A stretch of 64,000 bases of DNA from Camelus ferus (taxonomy: Eukaryota): contig NC_045697.1 of assembly GCF_009834535.1 (NCBI RefSeq), forward strand, positions 38,132,001 through 38,196,000. The letters are read 5' to 3'. Positions 61,633 to 64,000 of this stretch are shown piece after piece (the first letter of the stretch is position 1; each line of letters starts with the position of its first letter). The translations under genes and the position numbers were made by a program. The notes under the pieces were generated by a model, which saw only the letters and a list, made by a program, of their open reading frames with translations, was not told the DNA's origin and did not search any database.

Positions 61633-63498
61633 TATGGTTGGTTTTGTACTATTCTTTTCTATCTCCATATAAAAACAGGAGTAACAGAGAGATCAATGAC
61701 ACAGACAGACAAGCATATTTTATAACATCTATTCATAGATTCACAGATTTTTAGAAATAAAAGGCTTTCATTTACCACTCTCATTTAATAGGCAAAAAAA
61801 AAAAAAAAAATGGAAGCCTAGGGAAGTTAAGTGCCTAGTCCTACGACACACGTACTGTTCCTTGCTTGAATAACTTCAAATAGGGCAAGGGTCCTTAAAT
61901 TTAATCCACAGACCTAAGGTCTCCATGGATGAACTTTGGAGGTCTATACACCTTCTGAGAGCTCAATAATGTTCAAACAAATCCTCAGTGCTTATGCCCT
62001 AAATGCCTGGCATATAAGACATACTCAATAAACATTAGTTGACTTATGTATATTGAATCATTAACCAAGAAAATTAATAACCACTGAAGTAGAGTAAAAT
62101 AGAATATGATCATTCTCTGGAAAATAGTCCTCACTGTTTCTTGTTCTGAAAACACTCCATTTGTGTGGAGCCTTTCATCAGCCTTCCCAGTCCTGGGTGA
62201 ATTGTACCATGCTTATCTTTTAAGCCAATTAAGAAAGATGTTTAAATCACAATTTCATCTCCTTTAGGAAATCATCCACCTTTTTATTTAACTCTACCAC
62301 TGTATTTAATTAACAAGTGTTTAATGGCAGTTAATAAGTGATATATTAATTAATTTATGAAATCACTTTGTCCTTATTAAAGTAATTCAGATTTTTAAAT
62401 GCTTGTAATTTTCATTACTCCCATCAAATACAGCACAGCACATTCAATTAAACTTGAGTTACCTTGCTTTACTATAAGCCCAAGTACCAGCGAAAACCTC
62501 TAGTGTATCTAGGATATGCGCTAGAACAATTATCAAAACTGTGACTTTGACAAAGTCAGAGAAATGCCTTGGGCCCAAGACACATGGTGTCATAAACAAA
62601 AAGCAGCAAACTATAGAGTAGGTGCACAAGAAATATTTGATGAATCAATGAAGGAAAAAGGAAGTAGCTAATGCTCTTGGGAGAACAGAAATTTCTCATT
62701 GAATGGAGAACTGTTAACCTTGGGAAGAGCTGATAGGACAGCCATCAGTGGAGGAAGATGCAATGGTTACATCCTCCTCTGAAAGAACACATCTATTTGT
62801 GGGACACTAAGGACCCACACCAAGCTGATGATTATCAGTGTAGGTATTAAATACAACTTCTGTCTTTTGTTACTAAATATTTCCTTTTGGTAATTCATTA
62901 CTAAGGACTGGCAAATATGGAAGCAAGCCAGACTTCCAGGAATGGAGCCACAGGACAGAAGTATGAGACTCTGCAGGAAGCAGGCCAGGCTATGTATGCA
63001 ATAGACGTGTATGATAATGAATTACATTTTTTAAAAAAAAACCACAGATGTTATTTATAAATAATTTATACTCTTCAGAAGCATTCACAAATAATGATTT
63101 ACTTTGCCAACAGAGATGAAAAGCTCTCTTCTTTACAAGATTGGGTCTTACTCACATTTGTGCCCCAATTCCAACAAAGAGTTGCTGCTTTACAAATGAC
63201 TGCGGATTTATTCTTAAAATTAATTATAAGAGTGTTATTAAGTATAATCAAGGAAGATCCTGCAAAATCTTGCTATTTATCTTGTCTAGCTTTCTAGATC
63301 ACCCTGTATCACAGAGAAAAGTGGATTTCTCACCCTAGAAACTTTCTGAAAAAGTAATTATCATCTTGGCAACCAGGTACCATCCGAGACTTAAAGAAAT
63401 GAACACAGGAATTTGGGGTGTTCCCTTGGTGAATGCCAAGACAAGAGGGATCTTCCTGTTTCTTTACTCTGCACCCCTTGGAACAAAGATCCTTGATA

Positions 63499-63785
63499 CA
63501 GTCAGCCCTCCGTATCCACGATTTCTGCATCCATGGATTCAACCAACAGCAAATTGACACTATTCAGAAAAAAATTCCAGACAGTTCCAAAATGCAAAAC
63601 TTGAATTTGCCAGGGAAGGCAACTATTTACTTAGCATTTACATCATATTAGGCATCATGCGTAGCCTAGAGATGATTTAAAGTATACAGGAGGATTGCCT
63701 AGGTTATGTGCAAATACTGTGCTGTAAGGGACTTGAGCTTCCTGGATTTTGGTATCCACTGGGAGTCCTGGGACCAATCAGTCCT
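63499..63785 (-). mobile_element. MER2/MER2B-like TcMar-Tigger MITE
   Basis: TA-cagtcagccctccgtatcc...catccatggattcaaccaac...gggacttgagc...ggattttggtatcc...gtcctgggaccaatc. Confidence 0.8.
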
Positions 63786-64000
63786 CTGTATTTTAGAAAA
63801 AAAAAGATCCAGATCATCAATGAGACATCAAATTTAAACCATTTACCTTACCCGGAGTTGAGGTTTCTTTGTGTCGAGTGTTTTCTTCCTAGCAGCTGAG
63901 AATGGAGTCTTGGGAGAAACTGTGGATGCCTGAATAAGAGCAGATATTTTGTTGTTGCAAATTTTATTTTAAACTTACTCATATTATGATCCAGTCATTA

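Noticed and set aside
63852..63929. Faint resemblance of HPQFLPRLH to the NMU segment HPLLQLVPHLH, suggesting an NMU duplicate
   Set aside because: Too short and gapped; no dibasic cleavage site or other NMU-like exons nearby.
4800..64000. Exons of EXOC1/EXOC1L-like genes expected upstream of NMU by synteny
   Set aside because: No ORF or candidate exon I translated resembled the recalled EXOC1 sequence; they probably lie beyond the window. A tBLASTn would settle it.
1..64000. CRISPR arrays, operons or other prokaryotic/viral systems
   Set aside because: The sequence is mammalian; no spaced direct-repeat array, dense ORF cluster or intact proviral genes are visible.

Overview
Mammalian genomic DNA. 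It is AT-rich and CpG-depleted, with abundant L1, L2, MIR, MER and LTR relics. The tRNA-derived SINEs and young L1 3' ends look camelid-type (alpaca/llama/camel; inferred, not proven). The only gene I can support is the 5' end of neuromedin U (NMU) on the minus strand: a CpG-island promoter with TATA/Inr/E-box at about 4265-4445, coding exon 1 (4145-4061, signal peptide) and the start of intron 1, which runs off the left edge. Exon 2 was not found in the window. The remaining ~59 kb is upstream intergenic sequence made mostly of transposable-element fragments. I found no novel multi-gene system. The best second-look items are: an NMU signal peptide shorter than the human one as I recall it; a polyadenylated LTR-like fragment retroposed into an L1; a probable L1 3' transduction; repeated use of one insertion site; an internally deleted L1; and one unexplained 224-codon stop-free frame. 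Repeat family names come from remembered consensus sequences, and repeat boundaries are approximate unless a target-site duplication (TSD) is quoted.
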